From positions 1-56,563 of the forward strand of contig PUPH01000155.1 in NCBI GenBank assembly GCA_003553085.1: DNA of 56,563 nucleotides, written 5' to 3'. The translations under genes and the position numbers were made by a program. This document shows, piece by piece, positions 19,001 through 29,200 of the stretch (position 1 is the first letter of the stretch; each line of letters starts with the position of its first letter). This stretch comes from Thermoplasmata archaeon (GTDB lineage Archaea > Thermoplasmatota > Thermoplasmata > Halarchaeoplasmatales > Halarchaeoplasmataceae). The notes under the pieces were generated by a model. The model saw nothing but the letters and a program-made list of their open reading frames with translations, did no database searches and was not told where the DNA came from.

Positions 19001-19689
19001 GGAAAGATCACGTTCTCGATAGTCCTTACCTCTCCGTCTCCACGCTCTATTTCCACTTCTATTTCTCCATTTATCAAGTCGTCTAGGGCTATACCTTTCA
19101 ATCTTTTTCTGAATTCCTCTGTCAACAGTTCACGTGAGTCCGAGCCGATCAAATCATCCCTGGTGTATCCATGGATATCTGCAAAGGCCTGATTTACATA
19201 CTTTATCCCTCCAGAGGTATCTCTTATGTAGAAACCCTCTTGAGATCTCTCAAATATCTGTATCAACAGTTTGTTTTTCCTACTGAGTGACTTCTCCGCA
19301 TTATACCGTTCGAATTCCTGTCTGATCTCACTTGCTAAGACACCATACTGTGATCGCGGATCCCCACCTTTTTGGATGTAACGATCCGCTCCCAGGTTCA
19401 GTGCTTCCATAGCGACTTCTTCCCTACCCCTACCTGTGAATATGATAAAGGGGATGTCCTCTCTACGCTGCTTTCTTAGGATCTTTAAGAACTCCAGCCC
19501 GGTCATTTCAGGCATCTGATAGTCTGAAACGATCACGTCGAAATCATCATTTTCCAACAACTCTAAAGCATCCTTGACGTTAGTGGTTGTAACTACTCTG
19601 AAATCGTCATCCTCTCTCTCCAAGAATACCTTTGATTGGTCGAGAAGACCGGGTTCATCGTCCACGAACAGAATATTTATTCCTTCCAT
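16060..19689 (-). CDS. hybrid multisensor histidine kinase (REC-PAS-GAF-PAS-GAF-PAS-HisKA-HATPase)
   Basis: 1209 aa. REC N-terminus ILFVDDEP..DVIVSDYQMPEMTG. Several PAS modules (SRDITDKRREEE, VKDISDRKKAEE, AEDISDKKEAEK junctions) and GAF modules. H-box LLRHDVKNKIQVIQGYLQLL. ATP-binding motifs NIINNSIQHS, DDGKGIP and GSGLGLFLAEKVIEKYGG. Confidence 0.9.
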   Translation of the reverse strand: MEGINILFVDDEPGLLDQSKVFLEREDDDFRVVTTTNVKDALELLENDDFDVIVSDYQMPEMTGLEFLKILRKQRREDIPFIIFTGRGREEVAMEALNLGADRYIQKGGDPRSQYGVLASEIRQEFERYNAEKSLSRKNKLLIQIFERSQEGFYIRDTSGGIKYVNQAFADIHGYTRDDLIGSDSRELLTEEFRKRLKGIALDDLINGEIEVEIERGDGEVRTIENVIFPLRGRRGEIQDVFGISRDITDKRREEERKERGIDELKHINEAIFTVGKLDERGEICQYLADKIYEINGKNPVIVSLSDDGPHTVKIKGIAGFGEPTSSVEEGLQDLKIVLRRHSLDSELVEIEGNFSQVVSGIFNEKICDQMGGSDIDKVFFIDISNDDRLYGGIYIITIDGSEIENKHTIETMVQQISVLLGKRKIERELELTKHSVDNASIGVFWVDPEGRFVYTNEAVTEMLGYTQNELQRMHIWDIDPEFFPDEREGFWDDLKMEGSIKKESVNQRKDGEIFPVEIISNHIVHHGRELEFAFVKDISDRKKAEERAEEMRSLRDAIRDVNQIIVKGSDLDEVMQKTCDTLSESRGYQDVSIFVMDDRGNLRPVAHSGGHKNKLFDRASVYEEISSCMKEVMDSNESLTIESVYEQCGDCDLCMHEEDHSSVLVPFIKGDDIKGLMMICLPSDREITEEEEDLLKEVCGDLSFARDKFFSEKKLREGEDKIRRLYAAAPRIEQVNTLRELYELTVEEAREILGFDVCSVIIHEEDYLMIRASSEEDLVDVHGMMDDEGVAGMTYQSQESYLMKDLKGVERAKPTDERFRSAMSIPIKEHGVFQALSYTPAYYSETDLELAELFIAMISEAITRLRVREELKKSEERLGSYIHNAPHGVLVMDSEGSFLEVNEAAVKITGYSDEELLSMNMVDMVELDAYDKVLKYLSRLVEKGEIHVELPFIRKDASSGYWSISATRITEDRFICLAEDISDKKEAEKREEFLHTLLRHDVKNKIQVIQGYLQLLEETSELSEEMEYFVQNAEKGVEGSIELIDKVGMLRRAQIEEIRPVKITPIVATVVDSITDHVDREGIDLRLRYVDDDIYVIGGPLLHEVLTNIINNSIQHSGCNRIQISVEKVDDGMVCRIEDDGKGIPDSKKGRIFNKGYTTDSGKGSGLGLFLAEKVIEKYGGSIEIRDSEMGGARFDVRLMRDDGSRNK

Positions 19690-19754
19690 GACCGCCCAAC
19701 TTGGTTACTCAGTGGAAGATAGTGATTAATAGTTTTGGTCTATTTATCTACAGC

Positions 19755-20534
19755 TCATGGTCGTAGAGTGCCGAAGAATACCTGCCATGCTAGTGCTGAT
19801 TTCGCAACCAGGCTGAGGACTACATACATCCTCTCTCCGTAAAGATAGTCCTTCCACTTCCCGATTTTTTTGTATTGAAGGTACATGTTCACTGCGAACA
19901 GATTGAAGAATACCAATAATGAGAAATAGATCGCTATAACAAAGTTAGGTACATCCCCCGCCCCTGCTATTATAGAGCCTCCAAAGTATATACCTATCAC
20001 GACCCATGGAGCAGCTCCGGCTATACAGCCGATCACGTAAGAGGTCCAATCCGTCTCATCGGTGAGCTGATTGTGTTTCTCCATCAAAAGCCCAGTCAGG
20101 TTCATCACGGCTACCAAAACGAACAATGCGATCAAGAGTGCGATATCGTAGATCCCAGTCAACATGGCGATGATCACTATCATCACAGACGCACTTATCG
20201 AATACTCATACCAGCGATACGGGTTGATGTGCTTTTTAAGGTGATTTTTGTACCTCTCAAAGAGAACTGTGGATATAAGAAAATGCGCCGCTGCGGAGAT
20301 GAATAAAAACAAGGCGACCAAAGGTGCCAATTGGATCTCGACGAGAGTTTCCGTAACCGGTACGAGTTCTCGTGCCACTTCATCGAACTCCAACCATCTA
20401 GCTTCTATAGTCCATGGAGCATCTCTACTCAGAGCTACCATCAGTAGAGCTTGTAGAAAGTGTAAAACACCCATGGCTAAGTTGAACGACTTCAATCTAC
20501 CATAAACATCCTTATCTGCGGCCACCATATTCAC
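19755..20534 (-). CDS. heliorhodopsin
   Basis: 259-aa 7-TM ORF matching the heliorhodopsin family end to end by eye. Motifs: FNLAMGVLHFLQ, AAAHFLIS, YRWYEYSISASVMIVIIA, GCIAGAAPW, YLQYKKIGKW and GERMYVVLSLVAKSALAWQ. The retinal Lys codon is at 19800..19802. Confidence 0.9.
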   Translation of the reverse strand: MNMVAADKDVYGRLKSFNLAMGVLHFLQALLMVALSRDAPWTIEARWLEFDEVARELVPVTETLVEIQLAPLVALFLFISAAAHFLISTVLFERYKNHLKKHINPYRWYEYSISASVMIVIIAMLTGIYDIALLIALFVLVAVMNLTGLLMEKHNQLTDETDWTSYVIGCIAGAAPWVVIGIYFGGSIIAGAGDVPNFVIAIYFSLLVFFNLFAVNMYLQYKKIGKWKDYLYGERMYVVLSLVAKSALAWQVFFGTLRP

Positions 20535-20583
20535 CTAGATTGTATATGTCTCAGGTAGGATATATATCTTTCTAGATGAAGAT

Positions 20584-20985
20584 TCAGCGGAGGCGGTCGA
20601 GTCTTCTTCGACTCTCGTAGGGTTTGATAAAACACCTGTGATCCTCTTCTGGCATGGGGTCGAAGTCATCACGATCTACCATGCGACTTTCCAATTTGTC
20701 ACATATGTATTCGTCGCATCGTGCACAGTTATCATAACCTTTTTTCAATACACAAATCCTTACTGGGCATGTATCATCTATCAACCGGGGTTCTTCCTCT
20801 TCAGGAGTCAAACAACCGTCACAACATATATCTTCAGGAGGTATCCTAAAACCAAAGTACTTGAACCAGCCATCGCTTATCTTTATTCTATCCTCGTTAC
20901 TATTGATATTCTCCTTATAAGCGAGGCACAGGTCGCATCGGTATCCACATCGGGTTAATATTGCCTCCTTACCAGATCCGCTCAT
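20584..20985 (-). CDS. Cys-rich DUF3795-like protein
   Basis: 133 aa with RCGYRCDLCLAY, CCDGCL, CPVRIC and CARCDEYIC, the cysteine pattern typical of DUF3795. Confidence 0.65.
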   Translation of the reverse strand: MSGSGKEAILTRCGYRCDLCLAYKENINSNEDRIKISDGWFKYFGFRIPPEDICCDGCLTPEEEEPRLIDDTCPVRICVLKKGYDNCARCDEYICDKLESRMVDRDDFDPMPEEDHRCFIKPYESRRRLDRLR

Positions 20986-21024
20986 GGAGGTAAATGCACG
21001 GTTTGGTATTTAAAAATACTATGA

Positions 21025-21504
21025 TCAAGCGAATCGCTTATCCGATCTTTTATCGACAACGTTTTTCGATCTACCATCGAGCCATCCTATCTCACAATCA
21101 TCCCTTTTATCGAACTCGGGAACATAGGGCTTTATATCCAGCAGGGGCGTTCCGTCCAATACATCCACATCCTGGATATAGATCGTGTTCTCACGCACCT
21201 CGATAACCCGCACTATTGATAGGCCGATGGAGTTCGGTCTTTTCGGAGCACGGGTCGAAAACAGACCTCTCGTTTCATCATCCAGAAATGGCTTAACCGA
21301 GAGAGAATAACCTTCGGATCGATGAAAATGATAGAGTAAAATGATATAGGAGAAGCCGTCAAGGTCCTTCAAACCCTCTTTGAACTCGGGATCAACCTCG
21401 ATACTTCCCTTAACACCTCTAGCACCTGTCGGCTGTATAGGCATACCTTCCAGGTCTTTAAAGGGCGAGCGTATAGTTCCTATCTGATGGTATTCGATGC
21501 TCAT
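21025..21504 (-). CDS. trmO: tRNA (t6A37-N6)-methyltransferase TrmO / TsaA family
   Basis: IGTIRSPF, MPIQP, RAPKRPNSIGLSIVRV and DGTPLLDIKPYVPEFD. Confidence 0.85.
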   Translation of the reverse strand: MSIEYHQIGTIRSPFKDLEGMPIQPTGARGVKGSIEVDPEFKEGLKDLDGFSYIILLYHFHRSEGYSLSVKPFLDDETRGLFSTRAPKRPNSIGLSIVRVIEVRENTIYIQDVDVLDGTPLLDIKPYVPEFDKRDDCEIGWLDGRSKNVVDKRSDKRFA

Positions 21505-21604
21505 CAGATACCGTAGTGTGTGATGATATAAAAAAGGTTAGATTAGGATCGGACTGCGGTGAATATCAGTAAAGGTTTTTAATGTTGATTTCATAGTATA
21601 AAAC

Positions 21605-22087
21605 ATGGAACTCAAAAGTGTGAAGGTAGAGAAGGACGAGGAGATGAACGTGATACTGGGACAGAGTCACTTCATCAAGACCGTTGAGGACGTTTACGAA
21701 GTGCTGGTTTCCACCGTACCGGGTATAAAGTTCGGAATAGCTTTCTGCGAGGCTTCCGGTGACAGACTCGTTAGATATGACGGGACGGACGAGAGGTGTG
21801 AAGAGTTGGCGGTGAAAAATGCCAGAAAGATCAATGCCGGACATTTCTTCATCATCATCCTGGATGGTACATTTCCCATACACGTGCTTCCCCGCTTAAA
21901 AGATGTGCAGGAGATATGCCGAATATACTGTGCAACTGCCAATCCTCTAGATGTGATCATCGCTGAGAACGACTCCGGTAGAGGTATATTGGGCGTCATA
22001 GATGGCAGCCCCACTGTCGGTGTTGAAGAAGAAAAAGATAAAGAATGGAGAAGAAAGTTCCTCAGAGATATCGGCTATAAACGTTAA
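21605..22087 (+). CDS. adenosine-specific kinase family protein
   Basis: 160 aa. NVILGQSHFIKTVEDVYEVLVSTVPGIKFGIAFCEASGDRLVRYDG resembles the archaeal adenosine-specific kinase family. Confidence 0.7.
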   Translation: MELKSVKVEKDEEMNVILGQSHFIKTVEDVYEVLVSTVPGIKFGIAFCEASGDRLVRYDGTDERCEELAVKNARKINAGHFFIIILDGTFPIHVLPRLKDVQEICRIYCATANPLDVIIAENDSGRGILGVIDGSPTVGVEEEKDKEWRRKFLRDIGYKR

Positions 22088-23304
22088 GCTCCGAACTTTT
22101 CCGCCTTCTTGGCAAGATCGAGAAGAACGTTCAACAGATCGGTCCCCTTTATCCTACCCAATCCACCTTTGGCGCATGAGCGTTCGCCGTAGGAATCAAC
22201 ATCATCGACCCTGACCTCTTCGCCGCATATGGTCAACGGTAGAGGATCACCGCTGTGGTTCTTGACGGTAACAGGGGTGGAATGATCTCCCGTGATGGCA
22301 ATATAAGTGTCATCTATCTGGTCCAGTATTGGTAAAGCTCCGTCGATCCGTTGGATGAAATCGATTTTCTGTTGATGGTCCCCATCATGTCCGGGTAGAT
22401 CAGGTCCCTTTATGTTGACCAACATGAGATCGTGATCATCGATGTTATCGATTATCGCTTCCATTATCGCTCCTATATCCGTGTCCAGACCGCCTGTAGC
22501 ACCTTCTACCTGGATAACCTCCATCTCTGCCAGTTCACAAACACCCCGCACGAGGGGGATACCGGCGATAGCGGCACTGTTGATACCCTTGAGCTCCTTC
22601 AAAGGTTTCAGATCGGGGACGGAGCCCGCACCCCTTGGAAGGATGATGTTTGCAGGAGGTAGACCGTTTTCCTCCCGCTTTGAATTGACGGGATGTTCTG
22701 AAAGTACATCTACGCTCATCTCGGCGAACTTGTTAATCAGCCCAGCGGTCCTTTGGCTGGCTTCATCTCCTTCAACAGCTTCGGATCTCAGGATCGGAAG
22801 ACCCTCTTCATGGGGATCTACATCGGATACATAAGGTCCTAAAGTTGGGTCCTTCAGTAGAAGAACAGCTCTGTGCTCTACACTCTCTATGAATTCAAAA
22901 TCAACGTCGAACTCCATACCTCTTATGGCATCGGCTAGTTCATCTGTACCCTGCTTTATCCTCCCAGCTCTCCTGTCGACCACCTTACCATCTTTTAATG
23001 TAGCGAAGTTGCACCTGAAAGCCACCTCACCCGGTCGCAGTTCCATACCTATACCGGCGGCCTCAAAGGGACCTCTGCCGGTGTAAACCTCATAAGGATC
23101 ATAACCCAGTAACGCCAGATGTCCCGTATCACTCCCCGGTATGACACCAGGCTTGATTGTATCCATGATACCGTTGACACCTTTCTTTGCTAAACTGTCT
23201 AAATTCGGTGTTCTTGCAGCCTCCAATGGAGTTCTGCCATGGAGTTCGACCACCGGCCTATCGCCTATCCCGTCTAATATCAACATCACTATCCTATCAG
23301 CCAT
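22084..23304 (-). CDS. apgM: 2,3-bisphosphoglycerate-independent phosphoglycerate mutase, archaeal type
   Basis: [46 protein letters not shown] and ITGDHSTP. Confidence 0.9.
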   Translation of the reverse strand: MADRIVMLILDGIGDRPVVELHGRTPLEAARTPNLDSLAKKGVNGIMDTIKPGVIPGSDTGHLALLGYDPYEVYTGRGPFEAAGIGMELRPGEVAFRCNFATLKDGKVVDRRAGRIKQGTDELADAIRGMEFDVDFEFIESVEHRAVLLLKDPTLGPYVSDVDPHEEGLPILRSEAVEGDEASQRTAGLINKFAEMSVDVLSEHPVNSKREENGLPPANIILPRGAGSVPDLKPLKELKGINSAAIAGIPLVRGVCELAEMEVIQVEGATGGLDTDIGAIMEAIIDNIDDHDLMLVNIKGPDLPGHDGDHQQKIDFIQRIDGALPILDQIDDTYIAITGDHSTPVTVKNHSGDPLPLTICGEEVRVDDVDSYGERSCAKGGLGRIKGTDLLNVLLDLAKKAEKFGA

Positions 23305-24062
23305 ATCAATACACCACTCAGTATCACAGTCAAAGATATAGATATTATGTTAACAGCGGACTTGCCTATTATCTTTTTCCGTTCCAATGTTGCACCTAAT
23401 ATGCTGTCGAATTGACAGCTAACAAATCCGAGTACTATCCCTAAAACAAGCCACGTGGTGGGAAATATCTGTCCCTCGAATAAGTAAAAAAGAACATAAG
23501 CCACGACGAACGTATAAAACGATCCCCCTAAAGCCCACAGTTGGCCGTAGGCCGATACACCCCCGTCGGTACCTGGAGTTACCCTTTTCATGTTTGTTAT
23601 CAGATAAGCCTTTTTTGAAAGAACGCCCATCTCGGAGGCGAGTGTGTCCGAGGCGGCGCTGGCCACCGCGGTGACGAATAAAAATACAGCCACCGACCTA
23701 CCGAGTACACCGATCCCAAGTAAACCGAATGATTGTTCCGCACCGTGCATCAGTGCAACGATGGTGGGGACGAGGCCGTTGGCCAGTACGTTCAAGACCC
23801 CTCTTTCGCCCTTTTTACCCTCCTGCAGCCCCCTTTCTTTCTTGTATTTGAATTTGTATTTTGTAGCTAAAAAAGAACTCGCTAGGAATATCAAAAGTAA
23901 TAATATCCAGAGAATACCTCCCTGGAAACCCAATATCATACTCACCACCAAAGCCATGGCTGAACCTCCGAGGTTAAGAAGGCCGAAGATATAGGCCACA
24001 GAGGAAAGTATAATACATATTACCATTATCAAAACCAATTCTAGAAACCACATTTTCACCAA
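23289..24062 (-). CDS. DUF92 (TMEM19-like) membrane protein
   Basis: 257-aa polytopic ORF with GERGVLNVLANGLVPTIVA and DTLASEMG motifs. It overlaps the apgM start by 16 nt. Confidence 0.7.
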   Translation of the reverse strand: MVKMWFLELVLIMVICIILSSVAYIFGLLNLGGSAMALVVSMILGFQGGILWILLLLIFLASSFLATKYKFKYKKERGLQEGKKGERGVLNVLANGLVPTIVALMHGAEQSFGLLGIGVLGRSVAVFLFVTAVASAASDTLASEMGVLSKKAYLITNMKRVTPGTDGGVSAYGQLWALGGSFYTFVVAYVLFYLFEGQIFPTTWLVLGIVLGFVSCQFDSILGATLERKKIIGKSAVNIISISLTVILSGVLIWLIG

Positions 24063-24107
24063 CAGTCGATGCGGAGAATATAAATTTTATCCCTGCGATT
24101 ACACCCT

Positions 24108-24722
24108 ATGAAAGATAGTCATCCAGTCGGGGACCTTTTCGACTCCATCGCTGAACACTTCGATAGAACTAGAAATTACCCTTGGAAAGAGGTCGTGGAA
24201 TTCGTATCAGGACTGGAGGGGAAAGCGCTGGACCTTGGCTGTGGTAACGGAAGACACTGTGTGGTTATGGTCGAACGGGAAATGGACGTTATCGGGCTGG
24301 ATGCATCGATGGAGTTGCTGAAGATAGCGAGGGAGAATTGCCCGGATGGGAGATTCGTCAGGGCAGATGTTAGAAAACTCCCATTCCGGGAGGACCGCTT
24401 CGACGTTATAACGTACATCGCCTCCATCCACCATCTAAAAAAAGGGCGTGTGGAGAGTTTGAGGGAGTGTAAAAGGGTTTTGAAGGAAGGGGGTGAACTA
24501 TTGGTTTCGAGCTGGTCTAGAGAATCGGATAGGTGGGATCTTCCAGATAAGCAGAGAGATGTTATGGTCCCATGGACTAGAGATGATGGTAAGGTATTCC
24601 AAAGGTACTACCATCTTTACACACTGGAAGAGCTGGAGTATGATGTAAAAAAGGCTGGTATGAAGGTTGAAGACCGCTTTTTATCCAATGATAACAACTA
24701 CGTCCGAGCTGTAAAGATATGA
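24108..24722 (+). CDS. class I SAM-dependent methyltransferase, Trm9-like
   Basis: ALDLGCGNGRH, ASIHHL, RVLKEGGELLVSSW and QRYYHLYTLEEL. A TATA-like AATATAAATTTTA lies at 24078..24090. Confidence 0.8.
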   Translation: MKDSHPVGDLFDSIAEHFDRTRNYPWKEVVEFVSGLEGKALDLGCGNGRHCVVMVEREMDVIGLDASMELLKIARENCPDGRFVRADVRKLPFREDRFDVITYIASIHHLKKGRVESLRECKRVLKEGGELLVSSWSRESDRWDLPDKQRDVMVPWTRDDGKVFQRYYHLYTLEELEYDVKKAGMKVEDRFLSNDNNYVRAVKI

Positions 24723-24741
24723 CCGGACGAAGGGATAAAAC

Positions 24742-24750
24742 CTTATATAC
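24742..24750 (+). promoter_or_regulatory. TATA box for the SRP RNA gene
   Basis: CTTATATAC lies about 25 nt upstream of the predicted SRP RNA 5' end. Confidence 0.5.
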
Positions 24751-24770
24751 CCTCTCGGGTTAGGTTCTCC

Positions 24771-25075
24771 GCCGGGTCTAACCGGGGCGTTCGGCGTGCC
24801 CTTATACACCGAAAGCGTCGATATGCGGGGGTGACCGCCGGGGACGGCGTAATCATCCCGTTCATGAGCCAAAACCTAACTATGAGACCTCGTCCTTCGG
24901 GATCGGAGGTGTTATCGGGGACAACCGGAGGGTTGTTTCCCTTTAGCTTCACCACGGATAACGGGCCAGGTCCGGAAGGGAGCAGTCCTACCGTGGACTA
25001 CCGATGCTCGATGGGTAGCGGGGTCGAGAAGGGTTTTGGGGTCCTCATGAGCGTGATGAGCGCCAACCTCGGTGA
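24771..25075 (+). ncRNA. archaeal signal recognition particle RNA (7S)
   Basis: The 5' GCCGGGTC (24771..24778) pairs perfectly with the 3' GACCCGGC (25064..25071). The conserved helix-8 motif GGCCAGGTCCGGAAGGGAGCAG lies at 24964..24985. The region is GC-rich, about 300 nt long, and ends in a T6 run. All ORFs predicted across it look spurious. Confidence 0.85.
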
Positions 25076-25077
25076 CC
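25072..25077 (+). terminator. oligo-T terminator after SRP RNA
   Basis: TTTTTT immediately follows the closing helix. Confidence 0.55.
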
Positions 25078-25086
25078 CGGCTTTTT

Positions 25087-25962
25087 TCAATCACTTCTTG
25101 AGCAGATCAACACACCAGCCAACGTGATGGCTGCACCGACAACCGTCATGTATGGGGGTACCTCGTTCAGGATTATGAAGGCCAGTAGTGTTGCTCCCAC
25201 GGGTTCGGCCAATAGGCTTACCGAAACCATGCGTGCTCGGACGAACTTTAGAGCCCAATTATAAAGTGTATGACCGAATATAGTGGGGACCACTGCCAGT
25301 GACAGAAAAAGCAGGTATTCTCTACGAGGGTGGATCGTTATCCCATCACCGAAAAATATCATCAAAACACCTAGAACCAAAGAAGCTATACCGTAAACCA
25401 CGAAAGAGTATGTGGCTGTGGACATCGTCCTCCGCATCTGTCGTCCCCGGATGATATAGCCCGCAAAGGCGAGCATGCCCACTATCGCTAGTAGGTCACC
25501 GAAAAGCGACCAACGCTCGACTCGATAATTTGAAAGAGCCATGACAGCGATACCGAATATAGAAAGTAGGATCGCTAGATATGCTTTTTTATCTGACTTC
25601 TCACCTAGATACCATCCTGACACCCAAGTCACTACTAGTGGATGTGATGTCACCAGAACTACAGAGGATACTACGGAGGTATAAAATAACGATGAGATCC
25701 ATGATGCAAAATGTACTGCTAGGAATATGCCCGTGAAGATCAATACACCCCACTCATAACGGGTGATAGTTCTGATCTCCTCGGAATTAAAGTAGATAAA
25801 TGGTGATAGTATCAAAGTGGCGAAGAACATACGATAAAAAGCAATGGTGAAGGGATGCGAACCGGAAAGCCGAATAAGAACCGCTGCGAAAGACACCGCG
25901 ATCATCGCTACGGGTATAGCGGCTTTAGAAGCTTTTTGAACCGTGTATTTTATGGAAGACAT
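25087..25962 (-). CDS. EamA/DMT family transporter
   Basis: 291 aa, about 10 TM helices, with the two-fold EamA-like repeat architecture. Confidence 0.8.
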   Translation of the reverse strand: MSSIKYTVQKASKAAIPVAMIAVSFAAVLIRLSGSHPFTIAFYRMFFATLILSPFIYFNSEEIRTITRYEWGVLIFTGIFLAVHFASWISSLFYTSVVSSVVLVTSHPLVVTWVSGWYLGEKSDKKAYLAILLSIFGIAVMALSNYRVERWSLFGDLLAIVGMLAFAGYIIRGRQMRRTMSTATYSFVVYGIASLVLGVLMIFFGDGITIHPRREYLLFLSLAVVPTIFGHTLYNWALKFVRARMVSVSLLAEPVGATLLAFIILNEVPPYMTVVGAAITLAGVLICSRSD

Positions 25963-26213
25963 CCAAGGGTAGATTGAACATACCTAGATGAATATTTTCC
26001 TCGCTAAAACTACAAAATGTTAAAATACGATGTTCGAGTTATATTTACCATTGAGGACCCGATTGCCGTAAGGGGTATATAGGATTCAGGTATAAGGGAT
26101 GATAACACCTTGATTCGTTGTATCATATACGAAGAAGTGATAAAAATGATATATGTCGTACTCTCACCGCCAAAAAACCAGTACAAAATAGTCCAAAATG
26201 GAGGTTTATATCG

Positions 26214-29200
26214 ATGACAGATAAGGTAAAGATCATGATCGTTGACGATAATCCAGACGATCGCTCTCTTGCGATAAGAGAACTGCGAAGAAATTTCAGG
26301 GACATAGAGATCATAGAGATCATCGATGCCGATGAGTTGGACGAAGCAATGGATGAGGGTGAATTCGATATAGTGATCACAGATTACCATATAAGATGGA
26401 CCGATGGATTGAAGGTTTTAAGAAGGGTTAAAGAACGTAAACCTGACTGCCCTGTGATCATGTTCACGGGCACAGGGAACGAAGAGGTGGCTGTTCAGGC
26501 GATGAAATCCGGCCTTGAAGACTACGTAGTCAAATCCCCCAAGCATTTCGTGAGACTTTCGGCATCAGTACACTCCGCACTTCAGGATATCAAAGAGCGA
26601 AGGGCGAAGAAAGAATTGGAGGATCTATACACCCGTCTTTTCGAAAGAGTTCCACTTGCGTTATATTCGGTCGATACTCATGGAAGGATACTCGCTGCAA
26701 ACACTGCGATGTTAGACCTCCTAGGGATTGATTCGAAGGATGAATTGAACGAATACAGGGCACAGGATTTTCATATAAAGGATGAAAAAAGGGATGAAGA
26801 AATATCTATATTGGATGAAAGGGGTTTGTTGAAAGGTTATGAGCTTCATCTAAAAAGAGTAGATGGAGAGGATATATGGGTGAAGGATTATGCCTATGTG
26901 ATCAGAGATGAAAAAGGTGAGATCAAATACATAGAAGGTAGCTTGGAAGATATCACAGCTATAAAAAAAGCACATCTAGAATTGAAGGAACAGAGGGATA
27001 AGATCGAACGACTTCATGAAGTGGCTCTGAAGATCTTGGACTGTACGGAGAAGCAGGAGGTCTATGAAACAACCATAGAAGCGGCTAAGAACATACTTGG
27101 ATTCAGCGCCTGTACCATACATGAGGTCGAAGACGACGAATTCGTGGTCAGGGCTACCCAAGACGGAGCTTTGGAGATAGGTAGTAGAAATCCCATCGAG
27201 GGTGTAGCTGGAAAAAGTTACAGGGAGCAGCGTTCGATATTGTTGAAAGATATATCTGAAGTTGACGATGCAAAGCCCGCCGATAAAGAATACCGTTCTG
27301 GGATATCTATACCTATCGGGGAAAAAGGTGTTTTCTTGAACATATCTACGGAAGCTGACGAATTCGACGAAGACGATCTGAAGATGGGAGAGATACTCGT
27401 TTCACACATGACCGACGCTTTGAGACGCATAGACTTCACCGATAGGATGAAGGAGAACGAAGAAAAACTTGAACAGCTGCATCGTGCAGCATCGAAGATG
27501 GAGACGATCATGTACGAAGATGAACTATACGACATCAGCTTAGAGCTAGCTTCAGATGTGCTTGACTTCCAATGGTGCACCATACACATCATCGAAGACG
27601 GGGATCTTATAGTTAAAGCTACCACACACCTTGGAACCGAAGTCGGAACTCATCTATCATTGGACGAAGGGATATACGGTAAAACATGCATGGAGAAGCG
27701 AACATTCATAGTAGATGACGTTACACAACACGAAGACGCAAAACCGTCCAGTCCGGAATTGAGATCGGTAATAAGTGTACCTCTAGGTGAGTTCGGTGAT
27801 CTTCAAGTACTATCGGATGAGGCGGGTCATTTCAATGAAACCGATAAAAAATTCGCCGAGTTACTCGCCAACCACATAACAGAGGCACTCCAGAGGATCA
27901 AGAAAAATAAGCAATTAAAGAAGAGCGAGGAAAGGTATCGCCTTATAACTGAAAATTCATACGACCTTATCGCCATGGTAGGATACGACGGGAAGTTAAC
28001 TTACGCGAATAAGGCATTTCAACGTGTTCTAGGGTATGATAATGAAGAGTTGATCGGTGAATACATTTTTGATATGCTTCACCCTGAAGATAAAGAAGGG
28101 GTTGAGGATATATTCTACCAAACCCTCGAGAAAGGGATACCACACGGGGTGGCACAATTCAAACTTAAAGATGACGATGGAAATTACCGATGGTTCGAAG
28201 CCGTGGGAAGAGGTGTAGAGGGCGAAGATCTGGTGATGGTGGTTTCCAGAGATATCGATAAAAGAAAGAAGGCTGAAATCAAAGCGATGGAAGGAAAGAA
28301 GGTGATAGAAAAACTGCATGAAACCGCTTCGAAGATGATGAACTCTAGCAATGAAGACGATATCTACAAACTCACCATAGAAGCAGCATCCAATATCCTT
28401 GATTTTGATGTTTGTACGATAGCCATCGAAGAGGATGATCACCTATTGATAAAGGAAACAACTGGCGAGGTCTATAGAGAGGGGATCATTTTAGATAAGG
28501 GTGTAGGGATTATCGGAAAGACCTACAACCAAAAAAAGGCCTTCATCATAGATAGAGTAGATGAGCTAGACGAAGCGAGACCGTATAATGAGGAATACAG
28601 ATCTGCATTGAGTGTACCATTTGGGGATATAGGGGTTTTCCAGTCCATCTCTTACACGGAGTCCGATTTCGACGAACACGATCTTGAGAGAGCCGAGATC
28701 CTGATCACACACGCATATGATGTGATCAAACGTATCCGCTATGAAAAAGAACTTGGAGAAAATCAAAAAAGATACAAGAGTATCTTTGAAAATACGGGCA
28801 CCGCTATGGTGATACTCGATCCGGAAATGGAAATCAAGATGTGTAATTTAGAGGCGCAGAATCTATTGGGGTATGATCCGGAGGAGATGACGGATAAAAA
28901 TCTAGCAGATTTTGTATTGGATAAGAAAGAATTGGAAGATCTGTTTGAGATACTCTTCGATGCAGAATATAACGGACAACATAGAGGGTTCTTAAGCATA
29001 TGTAATCGTTATGATGATGTGAAAGATATATTTCTGGTGTCTTCAGTATTACCGGACTATGACAGAATACTAGTATCTATGCTGGATGTGACTCAACAGG
29101 TCGATAACATGAAAAACCTAGAACAATCTCAAGAGTTATTTAGAGTGGCGTTCGAGGGGGCTCCGATCAGTATGCTGCTTGTGGATGAAGGGGGTATCAT

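Noticed and set aside
24681-25127. Four track ORFs (24681..24872 -, 24743..24955 -, 24831..25127 +, 24912..25094 -) across a GC-rich segment.
   Set aside because: The segment folds as an archaeal SRP RNA, with a perfect terminal helix, the GGUCCGGAAGG helix-8 motif, a TATA box upstream and an oligo-T downstream. The ORFs are Gly/Pro/Arg-rich translations of structured RNA.
26010-26390. 126-aa minus-strand ORF, plus the 32-codon N-terminal extension of track ORF 26118..29456.
   Set aside because: The minus ORF is antisense to the receiver domain and has low-complexity, hydrophobic-junk composition. The receiver homology and a GGAGGT site support ATG 26214 as the start.
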